A stretch of DNA of 16,367 nt from Candidatus Thorarchaeota archaeon (GCA_048882325.1 JBHLRS010000047.1:4001-20367), one strand, 5' to 3'; positions 1 to 9,386 are shown, numbered from the stretch's first letter. Numbers and translations are program-made. Notes: generated by a model not told the origin, from the letters alone.

Positions 1-435
1 ATTCGCTTTTGAAAGCAAATTAGTTCCTTCAGGGCGCATTGCCAAGTTATATGCATGCGCGAGAAGGAGCTCTGCTGCAATCCAACTATCTATTGGAGGT
101 TTCAATGCTGAATCCAAAGACTGCAATATTGCTTGACAGTTTTCGTGTTTGTAACTCTCTTGTGTCCCCCAGTAATATGTCCATGGCCTGATAGATGTAA
201 GCGAGTTGTACTTCTCCAATACCGCATTTCTGAGGTCACTGAAATCGGCATACCAGCATTGACCCGCTGCAATATACACCAAGTTATCTGAGGTGTCTTT
301 CTCAAGGACCATATTACACAGTCGCTGCACAAAATCATAGTAGCTATTCGACTCATCTATCAGAGAGTCCAGTATCGACTTACTTTCTTCGTCGATGAAG
401 GGATAGTACTTGGTGATGGTCCCCATTGGTTTCAT
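1..435 (-). CDS. TPR-like helical protein, paralog of 432..1928; runs off the window edge (N-terminal 145 aa visible)
   Basis: Not in the ORF track. Open frame from ATG at 435: MKPMGTITKYYPFIDEESKSILDSLIDESNSYYDFVQRLCNMVLE... ATGA overlap with the upstream stop (432-435) and GAGGAG SD upstream. 35/45 N-terminal residues are identical to the upstream gene. Confidence 0.9.
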   Translation of the reverse strand, partial: MKPMGTITKYYPFIDEESKSILDSLIDESNSYYDFVQRLCNMVLEKDTSDNLVYIAAGQCWYADFSDLRNAVLEKYNSLTSIRPWTYYWGTQESYKHENCQAILQSLDSALKPPIDSWIAAELLLAHAYNLAMRPEGTNLLSKAN

Positions 436-1928
436 GAAACAATCTCCTCATCATGAAGATGTTTTTCTATCTCATGAATCCTAGTAGTGATTCTCTTTTT
501 CAGAGTCGTAACACCTGGAGAGTCGCTGATATTCAATGCCTCCCGAAGGACTGCCTGAGCATCCTTGAGTTGACCATGCAGTTCATAGAACTTTGACTTG
601 AGAAGAGCTGCTTGCATCCTTATTCCTGGCAAGTCATTTTCTAAGGTATAGTCCTCAAGTCTACAGAGCCACATACCCGGAGTGGGAATTTTCGTTCTGT
701 CTTCGGATTTACAAGACAGCATGATCTCAGCAAGTGCTAAATCAAGCAGAGCTCGGTTTTGATTCGTACCAGCCGGATTGCGTTCTGCGATTTCCCATGC
801 CTTCTCGAACAAATCAATCGCCTCTAAGAGATTGCCTCTTCTTAGCTCAACTACTCCTGTGAAGTGATAGTAGTTACCCAAGGCTCGTTCTACACCTGAT
901 TTGATTATCATTGAATATGCGATTTCCAAGGTTCGTTCTGCTTCCTCAAAATTATCAACCAGAGCCAATGCCCAGGCTTTCCAAAGATAGAAGACTGGTG
1001 TTTCAACAGTTTCATAGAAATCAAAGTACGCATTGATAGATGCAATAGCTTTCTCCCCATCACCCATTGTAGCATAGATTCTACCGGGAAAGATATCTGG
1101 TGTATCCTCAAGTCCATAGACCTTCATCTTCTCGACGTGACTCGATAGTGCTAGGTCATATTCACCAGCTGTTTCGAAAACCAAGGCTGAATCGTGCAGG
1201 GTTTCACCCAGGAAATATGGCACCTCTAGGTCTTGGGCCAGTTGGTAAAGTTCCTCGAAGAGTGCAATCGATTCTTGAACTCCGCTATTCCTCAAGAAAG
1301 TCGCATGTTCTAGGATATTCATGTAAATGAAAGGAGCGTCATCATATGTTTCTGCAATCTCTCTACCTCTCTCAACCAAATCAATAGACTCCTCTCGACA
1401 TGCCTCTCTTGCCTTCACCATTGCTTCAAAGGCATAGACTAGGGGACTAAAGCAGTTCAAGTGGGGGTTTGAATCAATCAAAGTCTTTGCCTTCTCAACT
1501 GGTTCAAGAAGATCTGGAATGACACCCCCAGGCCAATGATAGAACGCATGAAGAAGGTGTAGCTCTGTCTCCATCCAATCCTCAATAGAAGACTGCAGAG
1601 TCTTGTCAATCCCCTCAACAACTTCGTCATGATACAGTATTTGATCCCGCTGGTAGGAATTATGGGCATATCCCCAGGGCCTTATGCATGGGACATCCTT
1701 GTACCTCTCCTGAATCATGCCCTTCTTGTCTTCTAATCGGCACCACCACGAATGGACTGCCGCAAGATAAGATAGATTGACTGGAACTTCGTTTTCGAGA
1801 ACAACATCGCACAATCGATTCACGAAATCATAGTAACTACTTGACTCTTCCATGAGGGAGTCTAGTATTGACTTTGCTTCCTCATCGATGAATTGGTAGT
1901 ATTTTGTAATGGTCCCAAGTGGTTCCAC
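432..1928 (-). CDS. Tetratricopeptide-repeat (TPR)-like protein, ~498 aa
   Basis: TPR-like helical segments (GEYDLALSSH, GRIYATMGDGEKAI, GVVELRRGNLLEAIDLFEKAWEIA, GQLKDAQAVLREALNI). Start moved from TTG 1958 to GTG 1928, based on alignment to the paralog (MEPLGTITKYY) and an upstream GGAGGGAG SD. Confidence 0.85.
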   Translation of the reverse strand: MEPLGTITKYYQFIDEEAKSILDSLMEESSSYYDFVNRLCDVVLENEVPVNLSYLAAVHSWWCRLEDKKGMIQERYKDVPCIRPWGYAHNSYQRDQILYHDEVVEGIDKTLQSSIEDWMETELHLLHAFYHWPGGVIPDLLEPVEKAKTLIDSNPHLNCFSPLVYAFEAMVKAREACREESIDLVERGREIAETYDDAPFIYMNILEHATFLRNSGVQESIALFEELYQLAQDLEVPYFLGETLHDSALVFETAGEYDLALSSHVEKMKVYGLEDTPDIFPGRIYATMGDGEKAIASINAYFDFYETVETPVFYLWKAWALALVDNFEEAERTLEIAYSMIIKSGVERALGNYYHFTGVVELRRGNLLEAIDLFEKAWEIAERNPAGTNQNRALLDLALAEIMLSCKSEDRTKIPTPGMWLCRLEDYTLENDLPGIRMQAALLKSKFYELHGQLKDAQAVLREALNISDSPGVTTLKKRITTRIHEIEKHLHDEEIVS

Positions 1929-2015
1929 CTGATTACACTCCCTCCAGAGTTCCAGCAATCAAACGGCCGGTCCAACAAAGAGACAACACATATATAGTAA
2001 TGTCGAGTATACATT

Positions 2016-2036
2016 ATACACGATACGCGATACATA
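2016..2036 (+). promoter_or_regulatory. Phased heptad direct repeats (ATACACG-ATACGCG-ATACATA), putative regulator binding site
   Basis: Seen in the divergent intergenic region. The same 11-mer ATACGCGATAC recurs at 3040-3050. Confidence 0.55.
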
Positions 2037-2064
2037 AAACGTGTGTCGTGGTGTGGTGTAGAAA

Positions 2065-2439
2065 GTGGAAAGTGTTGCTGAATCTGAAAAAATAAAATTC
2101 GAAATTGGTACCGTGCTTGATGAACGGGAAGATTTTGCTGAAACAGAAGTCAAATCCAAGAGGAAATACCAAGACCCAAGGAATACACTCCTATATGCTC
2201 AGTCTCTGAGTGGGTTTGCGGTGATTGTTGCACTTCTCTTTGTGCCGCTGATCACTCTACCGGGCTTGTTCATACTTGTTCTCGTTGCCGAGGTCTACCT
2301 CCTTGACTGGACACATTCGAAAGTAAGTCAAATTCGTGAAGCTAAGTCATTCATCTCGAAGGAAGCTGAAAGCGGTCCCGAGGATGAGATTGATCGAAAA
2401 GTGGCGAGAACTAGTCCAAAAGACCAGTTCGTAAGGTAG
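2065..2439 (+). CDS. Hypothetical small membrane protein (central hydrophobic hairpin, charged termini)
   Basis: 124-aa ORF with a GTG start and a hydrophobic stretch GFAVIVALLFVPLITLPGLFILVLVAEVYLL. Confidence 0.75.
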   Translation: MESVAESEKIKFEIGTVLDEREDFAETEVKSKRKYQDPRNTLLYAQSLSGFAVIVALLFVPLITLPGLFILVLVAEVYLLDWTHSKVSQIREAKSFISKEAESGPEDEIDRKVARTSPKDQFVR

Positions 2440-2483
2440 TCACGCGATTTACCAAATGCGTATCGTAGGAGTTGATTTGGAGA

Positions 2484-2888
2484 ATGACGGAAATTAAAAT
2501 GCTCACAAAAATATCGCTTCTGATTTACGGTCTTGTTTGCACACTTTACGGTGTGCTTACAGTATTTATGACTGAAATGATACTGGCGACTCTAGGATTA
2601 CCGATGGATCTTATATATCCACGAATGTTGGGTGGGATATTTTTCACGATCGCTATCTTCGATTTTCTTATACTAATCAAAAAGGATTGGGATTGGGAAT
2701 ACATCAAATTTGGGTGGTTCCTGCTATATGCCATGATCGTGAGCTGTCTAATCATAGAAGGGTCATACTTTGTTTTATCGTATCCAACACTATCTACAGA
2801 AGCAATAGGGTTCCATGTTATGGACCTACTCATAATGCCAATACTGCTAATCCTCGGTATTGTTTCGTATATGAAGCAGAAAGAATGA
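2484..2888 (+). CDS. Hypothetical 4-TM membrane protein
   Basis: Four hydrophobic segments and a YPRMLGG motif. The start is uncertain (TTG 2472, ATG 2484 or ATG 2499). Confidence 0.8.
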   Translation: MTEIKMLTKISLLIYGLVCTLYGVLTVFMTEMILATLGLPMDLIYPRMLGGIFFTIAIFDFLILIKKDWDWEYIKFGWFLLYAMIVSCLIIEGSYFVLSYPTLSTEAIGFHVMDLLIMPILLILGIVSYMKQKE

Positions 2889-2960
2889 CCCAATGTTTCA
2901 AACGACCCATTTGTGGATGAAGAGGTAATCATTGGATACCTAAAGCAAAGGGGACAAAGG

Positions 2961-2985
2961 AAAAGGAGAGGGGGAGTCCTTTTTT
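2961..2985 (+). terminator. Possible terminator (7-bp stem ending in a T-run)
   Basis: AAAAGGA (2961-2967) pairs with TCCTTTT (2977-2983), with a T6 run at 2980-2985. It lies downstream of the two + strand membrane genes. Confidence 0.35.
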
Positions 2986-3039
2986 CAGCAACTCGAAAGA
3001 TTCATATTGACGATAGTATTGCCCGCATATGTAAGATAA

Positions 3040-3067
3040 ATACGCGATACGCAATCTTAAATACAAA
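3040..3067 (+). promoter_or_regulatory. Phased heptad repeats (ATACGCG-ATACGCA-ATCTTAA-ATACAAA) upstream of the RHH gene; putative autoregulatory operator
   Basis: 7-bp periodic ATAC motif, a further ATACGAG at 3077-3083, and a match to 2016-2036. Confidence 0.55.
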
Positions 3068-3097
3068 TGAAACCAAATACGAGGCAGGTAAGTTACA

Positions 3098-3424
3098 GTG
3101 GCAAAGAAAGAGGAGAAGCCAAAAAAGACAACATTACGCGACCGTGTCTTGAAAAACATCTCAGCCGACGGATTCGAGGGAGAAGAGAGAGAAATCCCGG
3201 TTGTGGCTAGGATGAACAAACGGGTCGTGGAGACCCTGGATTCAATGGTCGCTATTGGTATCTTCAAGAGTCGGTCAGAGGCTGCAGCAGCTCTGGTAGA
3301 GGGGGCTATATCTTCTAGAGAGGATCTGTTCGACGACATTAGGAAACAGGCAGCAAGTCTAAGTGAAAGACAGGATGCTGCTATGAAAGAGGCTCAAGAT
3401 GCTATTCTTGGAAAGCTCAAGTAG
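3098..3424 (+). CDS. Ribbon-helix-helix (CopG/Arc/MetJ-like) DNA-binding protein with C-terminal coiled coil
   Basis: IPVVARMNKRVVETLDSMVAIGIFKSRSEAAAALVEGAI fits the RHH pattern (beta strand, helix, GxFxSRSE, helix). Confidence 0.75.
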   Translation: MAKKEEKPKKTTLRDRVLKNISADGFEGEEREIPVVARMNKRVVETLDSMVAIGIFKSRSEAAAALVEGAISSREDLFDDIRKQAASLSERQDAAMKEAQDAILGKLK

Positions 3425-3442
3425 GATTGCCAACCATAACAT

Positions 3443-4039
3443 CTATTGAGGTTCTGTGAGTCTTTCAATTCTCTTCTCAAGTGCTACCTTCTCAAAGGGA
3501 TATTCCTTGAGGTCCATTTGCTTCTTGAACACATCAACAAGATTCGGTCGAATGGCATAGACATCTGCATCAACCGACCGCTCCGCTGAACTCATCAGAA
3601 AGCATAACACAGGAATCATGGCTACTGTGACGCCACCTGCAATCAGGAATATCTCGAAGTCATCTGTGCCTTGAATCCTGAGAACCAACACCGAGAAGAG
3701 TATCACTGGGATTCCAACGGCAAAGGCAAGGACTATCATACCATGATACTGCCTTCTGATTTTACGGTTCGTCTGTATCTGATGAATGAGAAAGGTCACG
3801 AGCTCTTCTTTGTCTAGTGTCTTGACGTCATCATCCTCAATCTGAAAGTGAACAGTCCATTGGTTGCTCTTGAATTTCATGATGAGGTGTTCAGTTGTGC
3901 CATCCACGATTCTCGTCTTGTAGCTGAAGTCACCACTCTTGATATGAATCTCAAGAGCACTGTCAATATCAGGATGTGAGGTTTCCTCTCCGGATTCATG
4001 AACCATCAGATTCACCACATATGCATACCTTTTCGACAA
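3443..4039 (-). CDS. Membrane protein, probable catalytically degenerate M48/HtpX-like fold
   Basis: LDKEELVTFLIHQIQT resembles LxxEELxAVLAHExxH. It is followed by two TM helices, SAERSVD (cf. RExxAD) and a C-terminal KRIERL. Confidence 0.65.
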   Translation of the reverse strand: MSKRYAYVVNLMVHESGEETSHPDIDSALEIHIKSGDFSYKTRIVDGTTEHLIMKFKSNQWTVHFQIEDDDVKTLDKEELVTFLIHQIQTNRKIRRQYHGMIVLAFAVGIPVILFSVLVLRIQGTDDFEIFLIAGGVTVAMIPVLCFLMSSAERSVDADVYAIRPNLVDVFKKQMDLKEYPFEKVALEKRIERLTEPQ

Positions 4040-4110
4040 AGTCTACTTCAGTTGTTTTGTCTTGAGAAGGCATAAATCCATCGTAGCATTACACCTGATA
4101 TGGTGTAATT

Positions 4111-4308
4111 ATGAGTGAGGACCTTGAACAAACTGACAGTTCTGAGCCAATGGTAAGTTACGAGGTTTTGTTTGTTTTGGGAATAACACTCATTGGAGCT
4201 GGTGCAGCTCTCTTGATTTCGAATCGATCAATGGGTGGACTACTTGTAATTGGAGTCATATTATTGGCAGTCAGTATATTAAACAGAGACAAATGGAAGC
4301 CTGCGTGA
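4111..4308 (+). CDS. Hypothetical small 2-TM membrane protein
   Basis: 65-aa ATG ORF with an acidic N-terminus and two hydrophobic helices. It fills the gap between neighbours. Confidence 0.7.
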   Translation: MSEDLEQTDSSEPMVSYEVLFVLGITLIGAGAALLISNRSMGGLLVIGVILLAVSILNRDKWKPA

Positions 4309-4342
4309 GTGTATAGTAGAGCTTGCTCAAAGGCCGTCTCAC

Positions 4343-5161
4343 TCAATCAGTCTTTGCAGCCCTAATGGAGAACACCAAAGGAAGCTGGACATCCGGATTG
4401 TCATAATACCAATAGCCATCATCCATCTGTTTCAAAAAGGAAAAAGACTGGAATGGTGTCTTGGCATGTTCATTGAGAAACTCGATTCTGAGTCCAGCAC
4501 TGATGATAGCATTGACAGCATCAGCCAAAGTGTGTGCCCACTCATAATCTGGTTGAGTGTCAAACTTGGCTTCTCCATCAGCATAGGATCCTTCAACCTC
4601 GAACTCACATGGTGATGAGTTGTGAAAATATCCACGTACTATCTTGAAGTCATCCTTGGCATCCCAATCAAAGGTCCATAGCAGTGGGTGAAACTCTGCG
4701 ATGTAGAACATCCCGCCAGGTTTGACATAGTGAGCGACGATTTCACCCCATCGTGGAAGGTCGTTCAACCAGCAGTGGACACCATAGGATGTGAAAACGA
4801 TATCGAACTTCTCATCCAAGACATCAGGAAGGTCATAGATGTTGGACTGTATGAAGTTGGCTTCTAATCCTGATTCTTCAGCAAGATTCCTAGCCAATTG
4901 AATGGCATCTCCGGAGAAGTCTACTCCAGTGACCACAGCCCCTTCACGAGCCCAAGATAGTGTATCCAATCCAAAGTGGCACTGAAGATGAAGCAGTGAT
5001 TTTCCCTTGACATCCCCCACCTCCTCCAATTCGATGGAGTTGAGAGAGGTCTTGCCCTTGAGAAACTCCTTTACTCTATATGTTTCAGAGTCGTAGTTGA
5101 TCTTGGCAAATCTGTCCCAAATGGCTCGATTGGCTTCAAAGAACTTCTCAGGTCCGGTCAT
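4343..5161 (-). CDS. Class I SAM-dependent methyltransferase
   Basis: KSLLHLQCHFGLDT (variant motif I), VTGVDFS, FDIVFTSYG, VKPGGMFY. Confidence 0.92.
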   Translation of the reverse strand: MTGPEKFFEANRAIWDRFAKINYDSETYRVKEFLKGKTSLNSIELEEVGDVKGKSLLHLQCHFGLDTLSWAREGAVVTGVDFSGDAIQLARNLAEESGLEANFIQSNIYDLPDVLDEKFDIVFTSYGVHCWLNDLPRWGEIVAHYVKPGGMFYIAEFHPLLWTFDWDAKDDFKIVRGYFHNSSPCEFEVEGSYADGEAKFDTQPDYEWAHTLADAVNAIISAGLRIEFLNEHAKTPFQSFSFLKQMDDGYWYYDNPDVQLPLVFSIRAAKTD

Positions 5162-5290
5162 GTCGCACGCATCCTAGCCACCCCCAGTTTGCTAAGATTT
5201 CAATCTACGTATTTGAGTAGCAACATCTTACACATTCCTAAAGACACTTATTATGAAATCAGAGGAAAATTCGTATCTGAGGGAGTGTAC

Positions 5291-7381
5291 ATGGGACAAA
5301 AATATCCAGTCACACGAAGAGAGAACATTGTTGATGAGATACATGGTGTCAAGATAGAAGATCCATATCGATGGCTAGAGGATGCAACCTCAAAGGAAGT
5401 CCTAGATTGGGTCGAGGAACAGAACAAGTTGACTTCCTCAATCCTAGAAGGATATGGAGGGGAGGACATCGTCAAGAAACGACTCCTAGACCTGTTCCAC
5501 TACGATTACATCCAGGCGCTCAATTTCTGGGTCGTCAAGACCGAGAAGGGCCCGAGGTTCTTCTACTTCTATAGAGAGGCCGGAAAGAACCAACCATCGA
5601 TCTGCTATCAGGATGGTGAGGACGGCAAGAGGATTGTGCTCTATGATCCCTTCTGGGATTCAGAGGAGGGTCTCATCTCTGCAGATTGGTTTGCACCAAG
5701 CAGTGATGGCAGTTACATCGCTTACGGGAAATCACACGGTGGAACAGAGCAGAGCACACTCTACGTGAAGGAGGTTGAAACAAAAGAATCCCTCTCGGAA
5801 GCAATACCTCAGACTAAGTGGTGTAGTATCGTATGGTACAAGAACGAGGGATTCTATTATAGTAGGTATCCACTTCCCGGTACGGTTTCGCCTGAGGATG
5901 AGAACTACTACCACCATATCTATTATCACAAACTGGGTGATGACTACAAGAACGACGTGAAGGTATTCGGTGAGGGCAGGCCTAAGACGGAACACCCCAT
6001 CGTAACCATCAATGAAGACCACACGCTGTTAGCGATCTGTAGTTACCGTTTCATAAGCTCTGACACTCATGTGGCCCGGATTGACCCTGGTAATCCATCA
6101 GACCTTAATTTTGTGCCTTTGATCGAGAACGACCAAGTGAACAGCATGGGGGAGTTCTATGGCAACTACTTCTATGTGGTCACTCAGATTAGCGCTCCAA
6201 ACGGGCAGATCACAAGGTATGACATGTCTGAGTTCAAGGATGCAGTTCCCAAACTCGAGACCATTGTTAAGGAAACAGACGGAGTCCTGACAATTACTCC
6301 TGACATTTTCGCAGTCTTTGGGGACCAGATTGCTGTCGTCGAGGAGAAAAGCGCAGCCAGCAGACTCAAGGTGTATGATATAGAATCAGGCAATCTTGTG
6401 AAGGAGGTCAACTTCGACTCACAGGTGACGGTGAACAATGTATCAACAGCCCCAGGGCTGGATGCCTTCTATTACAGTTATGGAGGGTACTTCTACCCTG
6501 CGACTCACTACACCTATAGTGATGGCGAGTCGAAGCTCTTCTACAAACCGAAACTTGACTTAGATGATGACCAGTTCCAGACAAAACTGGTCTGGTATAC
6601 ATCCAAAGACGGGACTAAGGTTTCCATGTTCATTCTATCGAAGAAGGGAATGGAGGTATCAGAGAAGACACCAGTGACTCTTGCTGGTTATGGCGGGTTC
6701 GCAATATCAAATACTCCAATATACTCCCCAGCCTATGTTGCATGGGTTGAACGGGGTGGGATAGTGGCTGTTGCACATCTCCGGGGTGGTGGCGAGTACG
6801 GACAGAAGTGGCATCGGGCTGGCAACCGCGAGAACAAACAGAATGTCTTTGATGACTTCATTGCCGCTGCAGAGTGGTTGATTGAGAACAAGATTGGCAG
6901 TCGAGAGACCATTGCAATTCTTGGGGGTAGTAATGGGGGTCTCCTAGTGGGAGCTGCACTTGTTCAGCGACCAGACCTATTCAAAGCGGTCTCCTGTCAT
7001 GTGCCGCTACTCGATATGGTCAGATACACCAACTTCCAAGTCGCAAAGACATGGGCTACTGAGTATGGTGACCCTGAAATCAAGGAAGAGTTCGAGTGGA
7101 TCTATCCATACAGCCCATATCATCATGTGAAAGATGTGGAGTATCCAGCTACGTTTCTCCATACAGCTCTGGGTGATACACGAGTGGACTCGATGCATGC
7201 CTTCAAGATGGTGTCAAAGCTCCAGAATGTTGCTGGTGAGATTGATGAGAAGAGACCTCAGATTCTTCACACAGAGAGTCAGGCGGGCCATGGTGCAGGC
7301 TCATCCATAGACCAGACAGTCGCAATCTGGGCCAAGTCGTTTGTCTTCCGGGCGTACCACACTAGTCTAGATATCAAGTAG
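5291..7381 (+). CDS. Prolyl oligopeptidase (peptidase S9A)
   Basis: N-terminal DPYRWLED, HLRGGGEYG, KQNVFDDF, catalytic GGSNGGLL, DTRV (Asp) and AGHG (His). ATG 5291 after GAGGGAG is preferred over TTG 5189. Confidence 0.96.
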   Translation: MGQKYPVTRRENIVDEIHGVKIEDPYRWLEDATSKEVLDWVEEQNKLTSSILEGYGGEDIVKKRLLDLFHYDYIQALNFWVVKTEKGPRFFYFYREAGKNQPSICYQDGEDGKRIVLYDPFWDSEEGLISADWFAPSSDGSYIAYGKSHGGTEQSTLYVKEVETKESLSEAIPQTKWCSIVWYKNEGFYYSRYPLPGTVSPEDENYYHHIYYHKLGDDYKNDVKVFGEGRPKTEHPIVTINEDHTLLAICSYRFISSDTHVARIDPGNPSDLNFVPLIENDQVNSMGEFYGNYFYVVTQISAPNGQITRYDMSEFKDAVPKLETIVKETDGVLTITPDIFAVFGDQIAVVEEKSAASRLKVYDIESGNLVKEVNFDSQVTVNNVSTAPGLDAFYYSYGGYFYPATHYTYSDGESKLFYKPKLDLDDDQFQTKLVWYTSKDGTKVSMFILSKKGMEVSEKTPVTLAGYGGFAISNTPIYSPAYVAWVERGGIVAVAHLRGGGEYGQKWHRAGNRENKQNVFDDFIAAAEWLIENKIGSRETIAILGGSNGGLLVGAALVQRPDLFKAVSCHVPLLDMVRYTNFQVAKTWATEYGDPEIKEEFEWIYPYSPYHHVKDVEYPATFLHTALGDTRVDSMHAFKMVSKLQNVAGEIDEKRPQILHTESQAGHGAGSSIDQTVAIWAKSFVFRAYHTSLDIK

Positions 7382-7435
7382 TACAACCCCTAAACTTGGG
7401 AAACAGTGAATACTTGAACTATTCTAGTACAGTTC

Positions 7436-7849
7436 ATGAAATGGCCGAATGCGAAGATTGTGTCAGCCCAGTTCCTGTTCTATACAGTCGGAGGAATTGG
7501 TGCATTTATTGCATGGGGGATGATTCAAACTGGCAATGAGGTCTTGCTCGAGGACATAGCTGGAAACTATCTGACATATCATTTCCTTCAATGGACCTCA
7601 CGGTTGTACTTCTGGGGACCACTCGTTCTTGTTAGTGCTGTGCTTGCAATGGCGACCGCATGGTTGATTTTTCAGCGGAACAAGATCGGAAGCTATCTGG
7701 GAATATTAGCAGTTCTAATTGGGTTTGCTGTTGATATCCTAGTTGCTAATGTTATGTTTGTGCATGTCCTAGTTGGAATCCTCATTGGATGGGTGCTTCT
7801 AGCCCCACTCGTCTTTGGCGGGGATGACATCTTCGAATCAAATCAATAG
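7436..7849 (+). CDS. Hypothetical 4-TM membrane protein
   Basis: 137-aa hydrophobic ORF. Its 3' end overlaps the convergent aminotransferase by 7 bp. Confidence 0.8.
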   Translation: MKWPNAKIVSAQFLFYTVGGIGAFIAWGMIQTGNEVLLEDIAGNYLTYHFLQWTSRLYFWGPLVLVSAVLAMATAWLIFQRNKIGSYLGILAVLIGFAVDILVANVMFVHVLVGILIGWVLLAPLVFGGDDIFESNQ

Positions 7850-8967
7850 AGTTCAGTATCAAGCACTTGCACAAACCGTGACAAGTGCTCAGGAGAACTG
7901 AGGAAGACCACACGAATGTATCGATCCCCGATATATGGATCATGGACACTAGCAGGGGTTACTAGGATATTGTGGTTCATAACAAGACGAGTACAGGTTT
8001 CCCAATCGTTCCACGGGGTCTTTACAATTTGGTACGTTGCCCCTCTAGCTTCAACACTCTTGAGATTCGTTGACTCCATGATAGCTTTTTGTAAAACATT
8101 CCTTCGGGCTCGGATAGAATCGAATTGTGCCTTTCGATAAGATTCATTCTCCTCCAGCAATCTCAGTGCAAGCATCTGTGAGAGGGGATTTACTCCAAAA
8201 CCAAGTGCAGCCACCTGTTGTATCTCACTAAATAACTCATCTACACTGTTTGACGGGTCGTGAAGGATAAGGAAGCCCACGCGGATTTCAGGAGCCCTCC
8301 AGACTTTGCTGAATCCGTGCATGTAAATGACAGGTATATCCTTTGACACCTTGAGCAACGAGGCGAATGGACTGAAGCTCATCTCATCGTAGACCTCGTC
8401 AGTGATCAGGATTTGGTCGAACTCTCCAGCAAGGTCGACGATCTTTCGCAAGTCAGATTCACTGTGTATATGACCTGTTGGATTGGACGGACTGACGAGG
8501 AAAAGGGCGCCTGGATTGTTTCTGCCCGCCAGTTCTTTCCGCAGCAGGTCAAGGTCCAGAGCCCAATCTAGTTCTGGTCTACATCGAGCATACCAGATAT
8601 CAGTAGTCCTTCGAAAGTACTCATAGGCTGGTAGGTAGAATGGGGTTTCAATACCGACAGTCCATCCTCTTAGTGCTATTGACAGGACACCAAATGCTCC
8701 TCCGCACCCATTGGTGATGACCACCTCAGAGTCATCAACGGACACTCCTGTGAATGACCTCGTACGTTGTTTTATTCCTTGGATGAGCTCCTCATTGACA
8801 GAGGGATAGCCCTGCTCTGGACTCTCTATATTCATTGATGCAGTCAGGTCGGGATCTGGCCCAAATCCAAACCGGGGTGGGTCGCACATCGAGAGCTCTA
8901 TGGTGTCAGGATTCTCCCGTGCTGGGCTAGTCAGTGCACTAAGTCGTTTGCAGTATCCCAAGTCCAT
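7843..8967 (-). CDS. PLP-dependent aminotransferase class I/II (alanine/aspartate aminotransferase-like)
   Basis: VITNG, SPSNPTG, ITDEVY, GFSKVW...RVG (PLP lysine), YIRVVF. The start is ATG 8967 or TTG 8973. Confidence 0.92.
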   Translation of the reverse strand: MDLGYCKRLSALTSPARENPDTIELSMCDPPRFGFGPDPDLTASMNIESPEQGYPSVNEELIQGIKQRTRSFTGVSVDDSEVVITNGCGGAFGVLSIALRGWTVGIETPFYLPAYEYFRRTTDIWYARCRPELDWALDLDLLRKELAGRNNPGALFLVSPSNPTGHIHSESDLRKIVDLAGEFDQILITDEVYDEMSFSPFASLLKVSKDIPVIYMHGFSKVWRAPEIRVGFLILHDPSNSVDELFSEIQQVAALGFGVNPLSQMLALRLLEENESYRKAQFDSIRARRNVLQKAIMESTNLKSVEARGATYQIVKTPWNDWETCTRLVMNHNILVTPASVHDPYIGDRYIRVVFLSSPEHLSRFVQVLDTELY

Positions 8968-9030
8968 ATTCAAAACCCACGGGTCTGTTTCCTAGAATTC
9001 CCTTTGTATCTTCCTTTCACAGTAGTTGGA

Positions 9031-9327
9031 CTAGTCAGGAAGCTCACCAATTATCTTGTTTGCCTCCGCTGCTGTGACAGCGACCATAGTTCTGGTCCTG
9101 TTTGTTCCAGCCTTTCCAAATGTTAAGAGGGCCTTCATAGCAGCCTCGATAGATGGACCTTCGACAATCGAGACCCAGTCGTACTTACCAAAGGTATAGT
9201 AGAGACCTAGTAACTTTCCACCGACTGACTTGATGATGTCTTCAGCCTGCTTCTGTCGTTTTGGTGCGTCCTTTATGTTCTTGACTCCTTTCTCAGTCAG
9301 ACTACCCATTATCACGAACACTGGCAT
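9031..9327 (-). CDS. GYD domain-containing protein
   Basis: GGKLLGLYYTFGKYDWV signature, ~98 aa, with a strong AGGAGGTGA SD at 9332-9340. Confidence 0.92.
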   Translation of the reverse strand: MPVFVIMGSLTEKGVKNIKDAPKRQKQAEDIIKSVGGKLLGLYYTFGKYDWVSIVEGPSIEAAMKALLTFGKAGTNRTRTMVAVTAAEANKIIGELPD

Positions 9328-9378
9328 TTTCTCACCTCCTTCTCATATTTATCAAAAGATACCTATTGCACTCTGTTG

Positions 9379-9386
9379 TTATAAAA
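9379..9386 (-). promoter_or_regulatory. Putative TATA box for the GYD gene
   Basis: TTTTATAA on the minus strand, about 50 nt upstream of the start codon. Confidence 0.45.

Noticed and set aside
102-356. 84-aa minus-strand ORF
   Set aside because: It is an alternate frame of the real TPR paralog (1..435).
429-440. Perfect 12-bp palindrome GTTTCATGAAAC centred on the stop/start overlap
   Set aside because: It is a single occurrence constrained by two coding frames and is plausibly chance.
2886-3152. Frame stays open after the TGA of the 4-TM gene (ORF 2913..3152), suggesting selenocysteine or read-through
   Set aside because: KQKE-stop is a natural end and no SECIS or redox motif is evident. 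The extension also crosses a terminator-like element, the heptad operator and the RHH start.
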